Below, piece after piece: positions 38,372 to 46,874 of a stretch of DNA of 64,000 nt. This DNA is from Candidatus Pacearchaeota archaeon (GTDB lineage Archaea; Nanobdellota; Nanobdellia; Pacearchaeales; GW2011-AR1). Each line of letters opens with the position of its first letter. Position 1 is the first letter of the stretch. The notes beneath the pieces were generated by a model that saw nothing but the letters and a program-made list of their open reading frames with translations, was not told the DNA's origin and did no database searches. The position numbers and the translations under genes are program-made. The DNA lies in assembly GCA_018303995.1 (NCBI GenBank), contig JAGVXB010000002.1, positions 5,916-69,915 on the forward strand. Reading direction: 5' to 3'.

Positions 38372-38776
38372 TTGACTAAATTACAAAGTAGTAAAAATAG
38401 AAAAATATATAAACTAGATTTAAAACTAAAACCTATGGGTTCGGAAGAGTATAAGTTGCCACAATTACCTTCTTTAAAAGATCTTGAGGCAAGAGCAGAC
38501 AAACAACTAAGTGAGGGTTCTGAGCTAAAAGTGCTAAGGTTAACTGAAACTATTTGTCCAGTTTTAGAAAGATATATTGCCCAGACTTCTTGCCTACCTC
38601 GCGATAAGAGGCCAAGCGCGAGAATTCAATTTATGGGAGAAAAAGTTGCTTGTGAAAAGCACAAAATAGAAATTAAAAAAAGTGTAGGAAGATATAGCTT
38701 CTGCACGGTAACGAATGAAGGATGTCCTTATAGCACATTACCAAGTTATAAAGCATTAACTAGGGAGAAATTATGA
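38372..38776 (+). CDS. LPQLPSL-motif protein with CP(V/I)LERY Cys-rich C-domain
   Basis: The track start is TTG. ATG 38435 (MGSEEYKLPQLPSLKDLEARADKQ), preceded by AAAATATATAAA, is the more likely start. The C-domain is paralogous to 40145-40570. Confidence 0.55.
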   Translation: MTKLQSSKNRKIYKLDLKLKPMGSEEYKLPQLPSLKDLEARADKQLSEGSELKVLRLTETICPVLERYIAQTSCLPRDKRPSARIQFMGEKVACEKHKIEIKKSVGRYSFCTVTNEGCPYSTLPSYKALTREKL

Positions 38777-39189
38777 ACCGAAAAGAATTTGATATACCAA
38801 GATTGCCTTCATTAGATGAATTAATTAAGAGAGCAGAGAAAGAACAAAAAGAAGATTCTTGTGAAAAAAAAGAGGCTTTAGAGAAGCAAGTAGAAATGCA
38901 GATATTGAGAAACAGACTCGAGTCATTAAAAAGAGCCGAAATTGAAAGAAAAAATTATAAAAGAAATGAAGTAATTAAAGAAATTGGAGGAAGAGCAGTA
39001 GGACTAGGATGTATTGTTGCTGGAGCATATTTGATTTATTCGGGAATGGATAATCTTTTATTTCATCAAAGTTATATGAAAAGCTTAGTTGAAGAAGATA
39101 GGCTAAATTACGGATTTTTGAATATGTTTAAGGTTATAGGTGGGGGAATATTAATTTTTGGGGGAAAAGAGAGATTATCTAATAGCTAA
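38773..39189 (+). CDS. IPRLPSLDELIKRAEKEQ-motif protein with two C-terminal TM helices
   Basis: N-terminal motif, then a coiled-coil text, then GLGCIVAGAYLIYSG and VIGGGILIFGG. Overlaps its upstream neighbour by 4 nt. Confidence 0.55.
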   Translation: MNRKEFDIPRLPSLDELIKRAEKEQKEDSCEKKEALEKQVEMQILRNRLESLKRAEIERKNYKRNEVIKEIGGRAVGLGCIVAGAYLIYSGMDNLLFHQSYMKSLVEEDRLNYGFLNMFKVIGGGILIFGGKERLSNS

Positions 39190-39194
39190 ACAAA

Positions 39195-40148
39195 ATGACA
39201 TATGAAATAACAAGAATGGATGCAAAAACAAGAGACTTAGTAGCGAATAGTTCTAACGCTTTTGAAGCTTTGTCTCATGTTGATGTTGGTTTAGTAGATT
39301 TTTATCATGCAAATAGAGATAAACTTACTGCAAGCGAGATAATGCCTGCAATAGTTAGATTTGGAGAATTAAAATCTGATGAACGAGTCAATTTAGTTAG
39401 AACAATGGGCGCAATAAGACAAGCCGAAATAAGTGCAGATGTATCTAAGTATCAAGTTGATGGTGCTGTAAAAATAACTGAATTAACTGAAGATGGTCAA
39501 AGTTATAGAGTAAGAGTTACTGAGGAAAATTCAACTGAAAGAACTAGAATCTCAGAAAATGCTCTGACATTAAGGCATAGTAGAGAAATGGAAACTCAGG
39601 AGAAGATAAATTCAATGCAATGTCATGTAATGACGAGAGCTCTGGAGGCAAGATTAGAAGGTGAAAAATATGTTTCAGACAATAAATTAAGAGAAGTCTA
39701 TGCTGAAACAGAAATGAGAAGGCATGTAGAAGAGGTAAGAGCAGCTACAGAAAGAGGAATCTCTAGAGATAGGCTGGAAGAAAAAGTTAGAACTGCCGAA
39801 TTAGCAATGGAACAAACAATAAGAACTTATGAAATACAAAGACAACAAAATAAAGACTCAAAAAAGGCTGAAATGGTTCTGGGGTATGTTCTAGCAGAAT
39901 GTAGAATTATAATAGAATATATTAAAACAAAAGGACTTGAAAAGATAGAAAGAGAAAAGACCAAACAAGAATTTGTAAAAGGGGGACTTGGAGTTATAGG
40001 AAGGGCTATAGATAAAGGTAAAGATGATGTTTATTTGGAACTTCGAGATGGAGACAAAAGACTTTCATTAGATTATTCCTCAAATAGAAACAGGTCACTG
40101 CCTCAACTACCAAACAGTCAACAAGATAAGGGAGATAAAGATCAATGA
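39195..40148 (+). CDS. charged coiled-coil protein ending in SLPQLPNSQQ
   Basis: 317 aa, rich in E/R/K, with a C-terminal LPQLP-like motif. Confidence 0.5.
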   Translation: MTYEITRMDAKTRDLVANSSNAFEALSHVDVGLVDFYHANRDKLTASEIMPAIVRFGELKSDERVNLVRTMGAIRQAEISADVSKYQVDGAVKITELTEDGQSYRVRVTEENSTERTRISENALTLRHSREMETQEKINSMQCHVMTRALEARLEGEKYVSDNKLREVYAETEMRRHVEEVRAATERGISRDRLEEKVRTAELAMEQTIRTYEIQRQQNKDSKKAEMVLGYVLAECRIIIEYIKTKGLEKIEREKTKQEFVKGGLGVIGRAIDKGKDDVYLELRDGDKRLSLDYSSNRNRSLPQLPNSQQDKGDKDQ

Positions 40149-40570
40149 CAAAAAAATATGAAGATATTCCAAGATTGCCTTCATTAGACGAGTTAATTAA
40201 AAGGGCAGAAAAGGAACAAGAAAAAAATAGAGGTGTGTCTCGAAGAGCTGAAAAGTTGCCTTTGCCTGAGTTACTAAGGCAATTGTCTGAATATGTTTCT
40301 GCAGAAGATTTGAAGAGATTGATGGAAAGACCCGAACCTTCTTATGTGCCTGAATCGGAACCTATTGAGGAAAGAACAACTACTTGTCCAATATTAGAGA
40401 GATACAACTCAAAAATGAGTATATATAGCAGTGCGGAAATAAAAATAATAGGAAATAGGAGTTCTGGCTCTTGTCAAATTGTTTGTGAGCATTATAATCG
40501 CGGTTGTGGTATCATTCCTGCTGCTTGGAATAATAAACCTTGCCCATTTGAATCCAATAAACCCTTTTAA
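40145..40570 (+). CDS. IPRLPSLDELIKRAEKEQ-motif protein with CPILERY Cys-rich C-domain
   Basis: The N-terminus is near-identical to that of 38773-39189. The C-domain is paralogous to 38372-38776. Overlaps its upstream neighbour by 4 nt. Confidence 0.55.
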   Translation: MTKKYEDIPRLPSLDELIKRAEKEQEKNRGVSRRAEKLPLPELLRQLSEYVSAEDLKRLMERPEPSYVPESEPIEERTTTCPILERYNSKMSIYSSAEIKIIGNRSSGSCQIVCEHYNRGCGIIPAAWNNKPCPFESNKPF

Positions 40571-40717
40571 CAAATTTTTATATTTGAAATATTTTTATCT
40601 TGCTCTTAGGCATTTATAGTTTTTTATTTTGATATTTATTGGCTATTAAAATTGATAACTTCCTCCTCATACTAGGATTGATTTGTTAAAACTGTTACAA
40701 TTTTTATATCTCTTTAT

Positions 40718-40984
40718 TTATTTTAATTCTATAATGTCTTCGATTTCTTTTTTCATTTCAATGTTTAAAGAAACTTCTAAACCATAATGAGTTGGTTTTG
40801 AGGATATAAATTTATTTTTTAATAAATCTTCGATAGCCTTTCTTACTTCTTTTCTGCTTTTTAGATGATCTGGTAGACCTTTTTGTAAATTATGTATACT
40901 TGTATGTTTATGTGTCCAAATCCTATGTCTTACGAGTTTTCTTAAAATAAACTTTTCTATCTCTTTTTTTATAATTTCATCCAC
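40718..40984 (-). CDS. hypothetical protein (88 aa)
   Basis: ORF only. Confidence 0.35.
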   Translation of the reverse strand: MDEIIKKEIEKFILRKLVRHRIWTHKHTSIHNLQKGLPDHLKSRKEVRKAIEDLLKNKFISSKPTHYGLEVSLNIEMKKEIEDIIELK

Positions 40985-41102
40985 ATATTTTGAAGATTTG
41001 CTAATTTAAATATTTTTGGAGCTCCGATTTAGTAATTGTCTTATTGATAATATAGGTTATTGAAATAGTAACCTTTATATATTTGTTAATTTGTTCTAAT
41101 CT

Positions 41103-41447
41103 ATGGAATCTGATATTGAACCTGTAAGCATTTTTGTAGAATATTTTGGTAGCTCTCCTTATATTAAGGTGCTTGACTATTTGATTTCTGGATTTGGTTT
41201 TGACTATAGCATGACTGAAATAGCCAGGGGTGCAGGTGTTGGATGGAGCGCATTTACTAATGTTTGGAGTAGGCTTTTAGAAAAAAAGATTATTGTTCAG
41301 ACTAGGACTGTTGGGAATGCAAAACTTTTTACATTGAATAAAGAAGATGAATTTGTAAAGAAAATTGTTAAATTTGATTGGGAGATAACTAAGCTAGAAA
41401 TGGATAAAGTACATGAAGAAATTGTTGTCTTATCGAAAAAACATTGA
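41103..41447 (+). CDS. winged-helix DNA-binding protein (tentative)
   Basis: YSMTEIARGAGVGWSAFTNVWSRLLEKKIIVQTRTVGNAKLFTLN has an HTH plus wing pattern. Confidence 0.45.
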   Translation: MESDIEPVSIFVEYFGSSPYIKVLDYLISGFGFDYSMTEIARGAGVGWSAFTNVWSRLLEKKIIVQTRTVGNAKLFTLNKEDEFVKKIVKFDWEITKLEMDKVHEEIVVLSKKH

Positions 41448-41517
41448 CTGTTAAGTTTTTTGATTTATCTTTTGGTCAATACGTTCATTTTAAAAGTTCT
41501 GAATATTAAGATATAAT

Positions 41518-42300
41518 ATGCGGATTGGATTTGACGTCTTTGGAAATATAGCTTTAATTAAGTTTGACAGAAGTATGTCTCTTTCTGATAAGAAGAAATA
41601 TGCCTTGCAGTATTTGTCTTCTCATAAGAGTGTTACGACTGTGCTTGAGAAGACGGGTAAGTTTTCCGGTCGACTGCGGACTCTTAAGACTAGGTTTCTT
41701 GCGGGAGATAAGACTCTTGAGGCGCTTTATAGAGAGAATGGGTGCGAGTTTAGATTTAATGTTGAGAGTTGTTATTTCTCTCCTCGCCTTAGTGAAGAGA
41801 GGAAGAATATTGCTTCGCTTGTTAAATCTAAAGAACGCGTTCTTGTTATGTTTGCTGGTGTAGGTCCTTTTCCAATCGTTATTGGGAAACATTCTAATGC
41901 TTCTGAGGTGTTTAGTGTTGAACTTGGTCGTGATTGTTGTAAATATGCATTAGAGAACGTTAAACGTAATAAATTGATTGATAAGGTTAAAGTTGTTCAA
42001 GGCGACGTTAGGAGGGTTATAGGCCCTGGTAGAATTGTTTCTGGCACTTTTGATAGGATTGTAATGGCTCGTCCGAACTTGGTTGATGGCTTTTTAGATG
42101 TTGCTTTTTCAGTCTCTCGTAAAGGAACTGTAATTCATTATTATGGTTTTTATTTTGAAGAGGATGTTAGTAAGTTGAAAGAGTTAATTTTATCTGAAGC
42201 TCTTAAGGCTGGGAAGAGAGTTAAGATTTTAAGAGTTGTTAAAGCTGGAGACATAGGAGCTAGGAAGTTTAGGTATAGGGCGGATTTGAGAGTTTTATAA
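41518..42300 (+). CDS. Met-10+/Trm5-like SAM-dependent tRNA methyltransferase
   Basis: VLVMFAGVGPFPIVI SAM motif and overall TRM5/TYW2-like layout. Confidence 0.7.
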   Translation: MRIGFDVFGNIALIKFDRSMSLSDKKKYALQYLSSHKSVTTVLEKTGKFSGRLRTLKTRFLAGDKTLEALYRENGCEFRFNVESCYFSPRLSEERKNIASLVKSKERVLVMFAGVGPFPIVIGKHSNASEVFSVELGRDCCKYALENVKRNKLIDKVKVVQGDVRRVIGPGRIVSGTFDRIVMARPNLVDGFLDVAFSVSRKGTVIHYYGFYFEEDVSKLKELILSEALKAGKRVKILRVVKAGDIGARKFRYRADLRVL

Positions 42301-43026
42301 TTAATTAATTCCTAAACCTTTATACATGAATTCTAAAACTCTCTCTTGAATTGCTTCTTGTGGGATACTGTGTCCATATTCTGCTAATTCGATAATGTTT
42401 TCTGGTTTGCCTGAAAATATTTCATGCCTTAGTTTTGTTGCAATATTATCACAACGATCTTCTTTGACGCCTAAAATTGTTAATGGATTTATTGAATAAG
42501 GAGTTTTTCTATTTAATAGGGCTTGAGGTACATCAATGTCAAGTACTGTTTCCAAACAACGTGAAGGGATTATACGAGTTATTCCTTTCTCTCTATCATG
42601 TGGAAAACTTACATCTAGGTCAACTTTTCCATCAATCATTCTTTGAACATAAGGCTTTATCGCAGGATGGGGTTTTGCAAATGGAACAATTGAAACATAA
42701 GGCTTAAGTTTGTCTGATAGTGTTTCGTCAGTTGCCAAGAAGTAATCTAAAAATGTTGCTCCTAAGCTTGAAGCAATAAAACCTACTCTATTTTGGTCTA
42801 CTGTTTCATCCATAAGAGCTTCTCTAACAACTAATCCAATATCATCAATCCAATTTCCATTAACTGGGCAAATTATTTTGTTTCCATCTTTGCAAATTGT
42901 TCTGAATCTTGGCGCATAAACTATACAGCCTTTATCTTTCATTGCTTGCAACATTTCTTGGATTCTTCCTGATTCTCCTTGTTCAAGAAGGCCTCCTACT
43001 CCAATTACTAATGGTTGTTTTGTCAT
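42301..43026 (-). CDS. alpha/beta-hydrolase-like protein (tentative)
   Basis: GFIASSLGA nucleophile-elbow-like motif, with a late His (EYGHSIP). Confidence 0.4.
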   Translation of the reverse strand: MTKQPLVIGVGGLLEQGESGRIQEMLQAMKDKGCIVYAPRFRTICKDGNKIICPVNGNWIDDIGLVVREALMDETVDQNRVGFIASSLGATFLDYFLATDETLSDKLKPYVSIVPFAKPHPAIKPYVQRMIDGKVDLDVSFPHDREKGITRIIPSRCLETVLDIDVPQALLNRKTPYSINPLTILGVKEDRCDNIATKLRHEIFSGKPENIIELAEYGHSIPQEAIQERVLEFMYKGLGIN

Positions 43027-43070
43027 TATGTTACTATCTAAAAGTGGTTTAAAAAGCTTGTGGTCTTGGC

Positions 43071-43433
43071 TTATTTAACAAACTCTACATTATCTAAATC
43101 TTTGAATTCTTTATCTCCTGTGAGGAACTTGATTCCTAATCTTTTAGCCATAATATATCCTATGCAATCAGGCACAGAGACGTTTCTGTCTTTCCATTCA
43201 AGCCTAAATTTTATGGCCTCTTCAATCCATTCAGGGTTGACCGAAACAATGTGCTTAGAGTATCTTTTAATATAATTATCTGCTTCAGGATTTTTATCTC
43301 TAAACCAAGCATAACATAATTCTGAAAAAGTAAAATTGTTTATTATTATTTCACTATCTAGATAAGGCTCATAATTTAAATTTCCTTTAGTAATTTCAAT
43401 AATTGCATATGCATCAAAATAATATTTAGTCAT
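43071..43433 (-). CDS. vapC: PIN-domain toxin
   Basis: N-terminal YFDAYAIIE and C-terminal TGDKEF acidic residues. Overlaps the upstream antitoxin gene by 8 nt. Confidence 0.75.
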   Translation of the reverse strand: MTKYYFDAYAIIEITKGNLNYEPYLDSEIIINNFTFSELCYAWFRDKNPEADNYIKRYSKHIVSVNPEWIEEAIKFRLEWKDRNVSVPDCIGYIMAKRLGIKFLTGDKEFKDLDNVEFVK

Positions 43434-43650
43434 ATGTAAGCTCTTTATCTATTTCTTTCATTAATTTTTCAGTAGGCTTCTTTGATTTATAAGTTCCAAA
43501 AGTTTCCCTCAATGTATTGCCTCGTTTCTTTTTCATAAAAATTGTAACTTCTTCTCCTTCTTTTACATTTTCTTCTTGTAATGCTCTTATTGGCACAACT
43601 ATTCCAAACGAATTTCCCCATTTTCTTAACTTTGTGCTTAGTTCAATCAT
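43426..43650 (-). CDS. vapB: AbrB/MazE-fold antitoxin
   Basis: LRKWGNSFGIVVPIRAL signature; 74 aa. Confidence 0.7.
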   Translation of the reverse strand: MIELSTKLRKWGNSFGIVVPIRALQEENVKEGEEVTIFMKKKRGNTLRETFGTYKSKKPTEKLMKEIDKELTYD

Positions 43651-43684
43651 ATGTATAAACCGTATAATTAATATTTAAATCTTT

Positions 43685-45423
43685 CTAAATGTTAGATTGG
43701 CCTTTTACTGCTGACGGACTTTCGCCTCCGTGCCACGTTAGTCTTGGACGCATTCTCATAGGATAAATGCGCTCTGAATTATCGTCTAGGATAATTGCAG
43801 AGCCTTTGCTTGATGGGAGCTTGTCCATTGAGCTTTTTATGCTTTCTAATAGATAAGTTTGCATTATTTGATTTAGGGCTTCTATATCTGGTTTGGAAGT
43901 AACTCGGTGCGAGATTATAATATCTGATTGAGTCATTACGTCATTGTGTATTTGTCCTGGTTGTTGAGTTGCTAAGACTAGAGAAATTCCTGGTTGACGT
44001 CCTTCTCTTAAAATTTGGACTAGTGCATCTGTTGCTGGGGTTTTTTCGTTTTTTTTCAAAAATTCGTGGGCTTCGTCAATAAAGAGCCAGACTAAAGGAG
44101 TTTCTCTTGTTGGATTGTAAGACATGTAATCTATTCCATGTTGAATTGATTGAATTTCTTCTTGTTTTCTTGCGTTTATTCTCTGAGTGAATATCTTTCT
44201 GCTAACTAGGCCTATGACTAGGCCTCTAACGTTAAATGAACCAATTGAGCTGTAAACTGATAAGTCTATAATTGTAGTTTTGCCTGCATTTATTAAATCC
44301 GTTATTTCTATTCCTTCTGTTGTTGTTGCAAAAATTCCCCAGCTTTCTGCTGCTTGGAATAAAGAGTTAGCTATATTTTTTGTTTCTTGACTTATATTAT
44401 GTGTTTTATTTATTTGATTTATTATATCTTGTATTGTAAAGCTGTCTTTTTCTTTTTTTAATTCGCTTATTGTGTTTGTTATTAGAACTCCTTCTTGGGA
44501 CGTCATTAATACGTTAAAGGTAATTATCCAGTCTTCGGATTCTAATTCTGAAGCTTTTAATGCAAAGGCTTCGTCTACTGGAATTCCTTTATCGCGATAC
44601 TCTTGCATTTTTCCTATAGGGGCGAATACTTTAATTGGGGAGCTTTTTGGTTCTAATTTCCATTCATCTAATAGGGATTTTTCTTTTTCGTTTTTGAATT
44701 TCATTGTCCAGAAGATACCCATTGTATCAAATATTATAGGGGCTATGTTTCTTGATGTTTCTGGCGGTAAGTTAGATATTTCTTCTGTTATGACGCCAAG
44801 CGTGTACGACTTTCCAGAATTATGCGAAATTATTCCATTAGCTATAAAAGAATGATTTTTAGGAACTGATAAGTCATATACTTCTTTAATATTTTCTATT
44901 TCTTTAATCTCTTTAATAAATCTCCAACTTTTAGATTCTTTCCAGTTCTCCATAATAAAGATAATTGTTTATTGCCTGTTGCGATTAATAATGGATGTTC
45001 TTTTGTCAGAATTAGTTCTTTATTATTTTCTGATATTATTTTAATTAATTCTTCATCCTTTATATTATATCTTATTAATTCTGCTCTTTCCCATTCAAAT
45101 GTTTGGTTCTCTAAATTAAATGATAATACTTTGTCAAGCAATGGATTGAAGTCTTTTATTCTCTTGTAACCTTTGTCTGTAAATACTTGCGTGTTTCCTT
45201 CTAGGCATCCTCTTTTTCCTGCTACTAGAATTACATGCGACCTTGCGACATCAAGGAAAATATTATTTGACATTGAGGTGTAATTCCCCATTGTGACGTA
45301 GCCTTTACCTATATGTATTAAGCCTGACTGCCCGAATTTCTTTTTGTCTGAAGCATCTCTGCCAAGAATTATATCATATGCCATATAATTAAACGATTTT
45401 ATGTCTATAAATATGTTCTCCAA
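43685..45423 (-). pseudogene. HerA/FtsK-like (DUF87-type) P-loop ATPase carrying a mini-intein, with the reading frame broken inside the intein
   Basis: The Walker A motif is split as VAGKRG | intein | SGKSYT. Walker B is LVWLFIDEAHEF and ATQQPGQI follows. The two track ORFs (44896-45423 and 43685-44953) are in different frames. A 1-nt shift near 44905-44925 would join them. Confidence 0.75.
44819..45207 (-). mobile_element. mini-intein (about 130 aa) in the ATPase P-loop
   Basis: Block A CLEGNTQVFT, block B LILTKEHPLL, blocks F/G VYDLSVPKNHSFIANGIISHN followed by the +1 Ser. No homing-endonuclease-sized insert is present. Confidence 0.75.
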
Positions 45424-45721
45424 CGGTGAGATTTATATATTTGTATTTTTTTATTATATTATGGTTTCGTCTGCTAAAAAGAAGCTTATAAGGAAAAATA
45501 ATACTTTTTTGGTTGTGGTTTTTTTAGTTTCTTTCTTTCTTTTTGTTTTATTTGCTTATTCTTTGTATAGTTATGATTTGGTTTTGCTTTCTCCTGGGGG
45601 CGGTAATGAAAAACTCACGACTTCTTTCGTTATTGCTTTTTTTGTTGGACTAATTGCTACTCTTGCGATTATGGTAGTTGTTTTATATTTTATTCTGCAT
45701 AACGTGGAAAATGAATATTGA
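45401..45721 (+). CDS. small membrane protein
   Basis: Two TM helices. The likely start is the internal ATG (MVSSAKKK) near 45461. Confidence 0.4.
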   Translation: MSINMFSNGEIYIFVFFYYIMVSSAKKKLIRKNNTFLVVVFLVSFFLFVLFAYSLYSYDLVLLSPGGGNEKLTTSFVIAFFVGLIATLAIMVVVLYFILHNVENEY

Positions 45722-45757
45722 ATGAATGTGGAGAAGATTTAAATAAAATGATATTTA

Positions 45758-46369
45758 GTGATTTTTATGAATAAATATACACTTCCTAAATTGCCTTATG
45801 CTTTCGATGCGTTAGAGCCTTATATGGATGCTAAGACTGTTGAAATACACTATACAAAACATCATCAAGGATATTGCGATAAACTGAATTTGGCTCTTGA
45901 AAAACATCCTGCTCTTTTTGATAAGAAAGTCGAGGATTTACTTATCGGTTTGGATTCTGTGCCTTTAGATATTAAGACTGCTGTTCGTAATTTTGGAGGA
46001 GGGTTTGTTAATCATAATTTATTTTGGGAATGCATGAGTTCTAAGAAGAGTGAATGTTCTGGAAAGATACTTACTGCGATAAAAAATGATTTTGGAAGTT
46101 TTGAGGAGTTCCGCAAACAGTTTACTGCTTCTGCTACGACTTTATTTGGTTCTGGATATACTTGGCTTGTTTTATCTAATGGAAAGTTAGAAATAATGAA
46201 TACTAAGGACCAGGATTCTCCTCTATCTGTTGGGAAGAAGCCAGTTTTGGTTATTGATGTTTGGGAACATAGCTATTATTTGAAATATCAGAATAAGCGC
46301 GCAGATTTTATTGATGCTTGGTGGGATTTGGTTAATTGGGCGCATGTTGAGAAGAAATATTTGGATTGA
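45758..46369 (+). CDS. sod: Fe/Mn superoxide dismutase
   Basis: LPYAFDALEPY, KHHQGY and DVWEHSYYLKYQNKRADF. The likely start is ATG 45770. Confidence 0.92.
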   Translation: MIFMNKYTLPKLPYAFDALEPYMDAKTVEIHYTKHHQGYCDKLNLALEKHPALFDKKVEDLLIGLDSVPLDIKTAVRNFGGGFVNHNLFWECMSSKKSECSGKILTAIKNDFGSFEEFRKQFTASATTLFGSGYTWLVLSNGKLEIMNTKDQDSPLSVGKKPVLVIDVWEHSYYLKYQNKRADFIDAWWDLVNWAHVEKKYLD

Positions 46370-46421
46370 TTTTTAATTAATCTTTTTTGATCTTTAAGTT
46401 TTTCATCATCTAACTCTTTAC

Positions 46422-46616
46422 TTATCTTTTTACTATTTTAAGTTCTTTTTCTATTGCTTCTGGTGTAAGACCTATCCAATCTATTTTTCTTTCTTTTGCT
46501 ATATCTAGCATATCCCAGAGCGATATTCCTGCAATTTCTCCTGCTCTTCCTAGACTCATCCCTCCCTTTTTATATATCTCTAAGGCGTACTCAACTTGTT
46601 TTTTTGAAGGTTTCAT
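46422..46616 (-). CDS. UPF0175-family small protein (antitoxin-like)
   Basis: GMSLGRAGEIAGISLWDMLDIAKERKI resembles the UPF0175 signature. No partner toxin gene was seen. Confidence 0.5.
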   Translation of the reverse strand: MKPSKKQVEYALEIYKKGGMSLGRAGEIAGISLWDMLDIAKERKIDWIGLTPEAIEKELKIVKR

Positions 46617-46733
46617 ATATTATTTTATCTATCAATCTTATTAAGTTTTTTTATCATTCCTCTTTATTTAGTGTAACTAATTAATGACACTAAATACAAA
46701 GGTTTAAATAGGGTATGACTGCGTCATACTTTT

Positions 46734-46874
46734 ATGAAAGAAAAGATAACTATATCTGTAGATTCTGAGACACTGGAAAGTATAGATAAGCACATTGAGT
46801 CTGGAGCTTATAGAAATCGAAGTCATGCGTTTGAACATTCTGTTAAGAAATTAATTGGAGGTAAAAATGGGTAA
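46734..46874 (+). CDS. ribbon-helix-helix (CopG-like) protein, 46 aa, absent from the ORF track
   Basis: Hand translation gives MKEKITISVDSETLESIDKHIESGAYRNRSHAFEHSVKKLIGGKNG. Its stop overlaps the kinase ATG at 46867. Confidence 0.6.
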   Translation: MKEKITISVDSETLESIDKHIESGAYRNRSHAFEHSVKKLIGGKNG

